DNA from: Macrostomum hystrix
Lineage: Eukaryota; Animalia; Platyhelminthes
Length of the DNA stretch: 64,000 bases
Reading direction: 5' to 3'
Assembly: GCA_950097015.1 (NCBI GenBank)
Contig: CATNEN010000001.1
Coordinates: forward strand, 16,554,001-16,618,000
Below, in pieces: positions 63,401 through 64,000 of the stretch; the first letter of the stretch is position 1; every line of letters starts with the position of its first letter. The notes beneath the pieces are model-generated. The model saw only the letters and a program-made list of their open reading frames with translations. It did not search any database and was not told where the DNA came from. The translations under genes and the position numbers were made by a program.

Positions 63401-63985
63401 CTCTAAGCTACTCTATTAAAATCTACTCCACTGGACTAGCATCACTCTACTCATCTTTTTTCCACTCCACTCTACTCCGATTACTGTGCTCATGCGCCAC
63501 TGAACAATGCTCCAACCCACCCCACTCCACCCGCAGCCAATCTGCGCAGCGGCAAGTTCCATCAGCAGCTGCGGGACATATTCGCGCCGCAGGTGGTTCG
63601 CTACGTGGACCTGATGGAGTCCTCAATAGCCCAGTCCATTCACAAGGGCTTCGAGAAGGAGCGCTGGGCTCTCAAAGGCGCCGGCTGCGCCAGCAGCGAG
63701 GACCTTCTGTGGAAACTCGAGGCGCTGCAGTCCTTCATCTCCGACCTGCACTGGCCGGACCCCGTGTTCGCCGAGCACTTGGACAATCGCCTGAAGCTCA
63801 TGGCTGCCGACATGCTGGAGGCTGCTGGCAAGCGCACGGTGTCAGCCTTCGAGTTGGCGATGAAGCGCACTAGCAAGGGTACCGATTTCATTCTGCCAAT
63901 TGAGGTGTGCGTTATGCTCAACACCTGCGTCAGTTTGAAGGCCAGCGTGTTTAAGTTGTGCACAATGAGCGCCGGCGAGAATATG
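44440..63985 (+). CDS. CADPS: Calcium-dependent secretion activator (CAPS/UNC-31), 5' part; continues past the window
   Basis: Exons 44440-45048, 45422-45862, 51299-51379, 52233-52481, 54764-54997, 55390-55593, 57731-58380, 58715-58880, 59089-59212, 60421-60527, 62835-62991, 63537-63985. Hallmark sequences [21 protein letters not shown]2-like [32 protein letters not shown] domain [30 protein letters not shown]. Confidence 0.96.
45075..45370. repeat. ~19-bp minisatellite (cacaactccgtagcga-like)
   Basis: Tandem repetition in CADPS intron 1. Confidence 0.9.
46455..48170. repeat. Purine-rich minisatellite, ~22-23 bp (gagaatcagaggaaagaaaggga)
   Basis: Tandem repetition with a higher-order duplication. 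Confidence 0.93.
48900..49310. repeat. 20-bp minisatellite (ctgttagacaggggagtgtt)
   Basis: Tandem repetition. Confidence 0.95.
50520..50950. repeat. Pyrimidine-rich low-complexity tract (ctctcccctctcac)
   Basis: Composition and short tandem units. Confidence 0.85.
51425..52220. repeat. 14-15 bp minisatellite grading from ctattctatctaccc to ccattccatccaccc
   Basis: Tandem repetition filling nearly the whole CADPS intron. Confidence 0.93.
52790..53532. repeat. 35-bp minisatellite (gacctggctgaactgctggtagatttgagggtaat)
   Basis: Tandem repetition. Confidence 0.95.
54010..54565. repeat. 20-bp minisatellite (cctgttagacagttgggaaa)
   Basis: Tandem repetition. Confidence 0.9.
55030..55335. repeat. 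~21-bp minisatellite (cacctgttagacaggctttga)
   Basis: Degenerate tandem repetition. Confidence 0.85.
55780..55960 (+). mobile_element. SINE family A, partial copy
   Basis: cgcaccaaggtccctgagctcgattccgc...ctgacgatgagaaagtcagggcag. Confidence 0.8.
57340..57600. repeat. 20-bp minisatellite (cctgttagatagtagggaag)
   Basis: Tandem repetition. Confidence 0.88.
59380..59615 (-). mobile_element. SINE family B copy
   Basis: Family B body plus degenerate B box (aatcgaacc on +). Confidence 0.8.
60632..60643 (+). CDS. CADPS: Candidate 12-nt in-frame CADPS microexon (ECRE)
   Basis: ttttag|gaatgcagggag|gtaaat, between the exons ending EHHSE and beginning AFAWFSD. Confidence 0.6.
60950..62325. repeat. 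21-bp minisatellite (gtctgtatgtctgttctaggt)
   Basis: About 1.4 kb of tandem repetition. Confidence 0.97.
63180..63480. repeat. (CTCCA)n degenerate microsatellite
   Basis: Pentamer repeats. Confidence 0.9.
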
Positions 63986-64000
63986 GTGAGTTTGATTTCT

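Overview
Eukaryotic (metazoan) genomic DNA, rich in introns, minisatellites and SINEs. The style suggests a flatworm such as Macrostomum, but this is inference only. The left third (1.4-24 kb, minus strand) is a tandem cluster of four related genes of a divergent TKL/RIPK-like kinase family with shared exon structure. In order: (i) a predicted 892-aa tandem kinase, kinase-kinase-RHIM-like-death domain; (ii) an intact single non-RD kinase with an acidic tail; (iii) a paralogous non-RD kinase whose tail is disrupted and runs into a 3-kb acidic-repeat minisatellite; (iv) a pseudokinase-RHIM-like-death domain gene. The cluster looks like a lineage-specific cell-death/innate-immune signalling module. 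It is followed on the plus strand by a coiled-coil/NHL-repeat gene, a class A GPCR, a KIAA2012-like gene and the 5' part of CADPS/unc-31, which includes a candidate 12-nt microexon. Interspersed repeats include two tRNA-derived SINE families, several MITEs and many intronic minisatellites, six of which share a CTGTTAGACAG core. All gene models were spliced by hand from GT-AG sites and reading frame.
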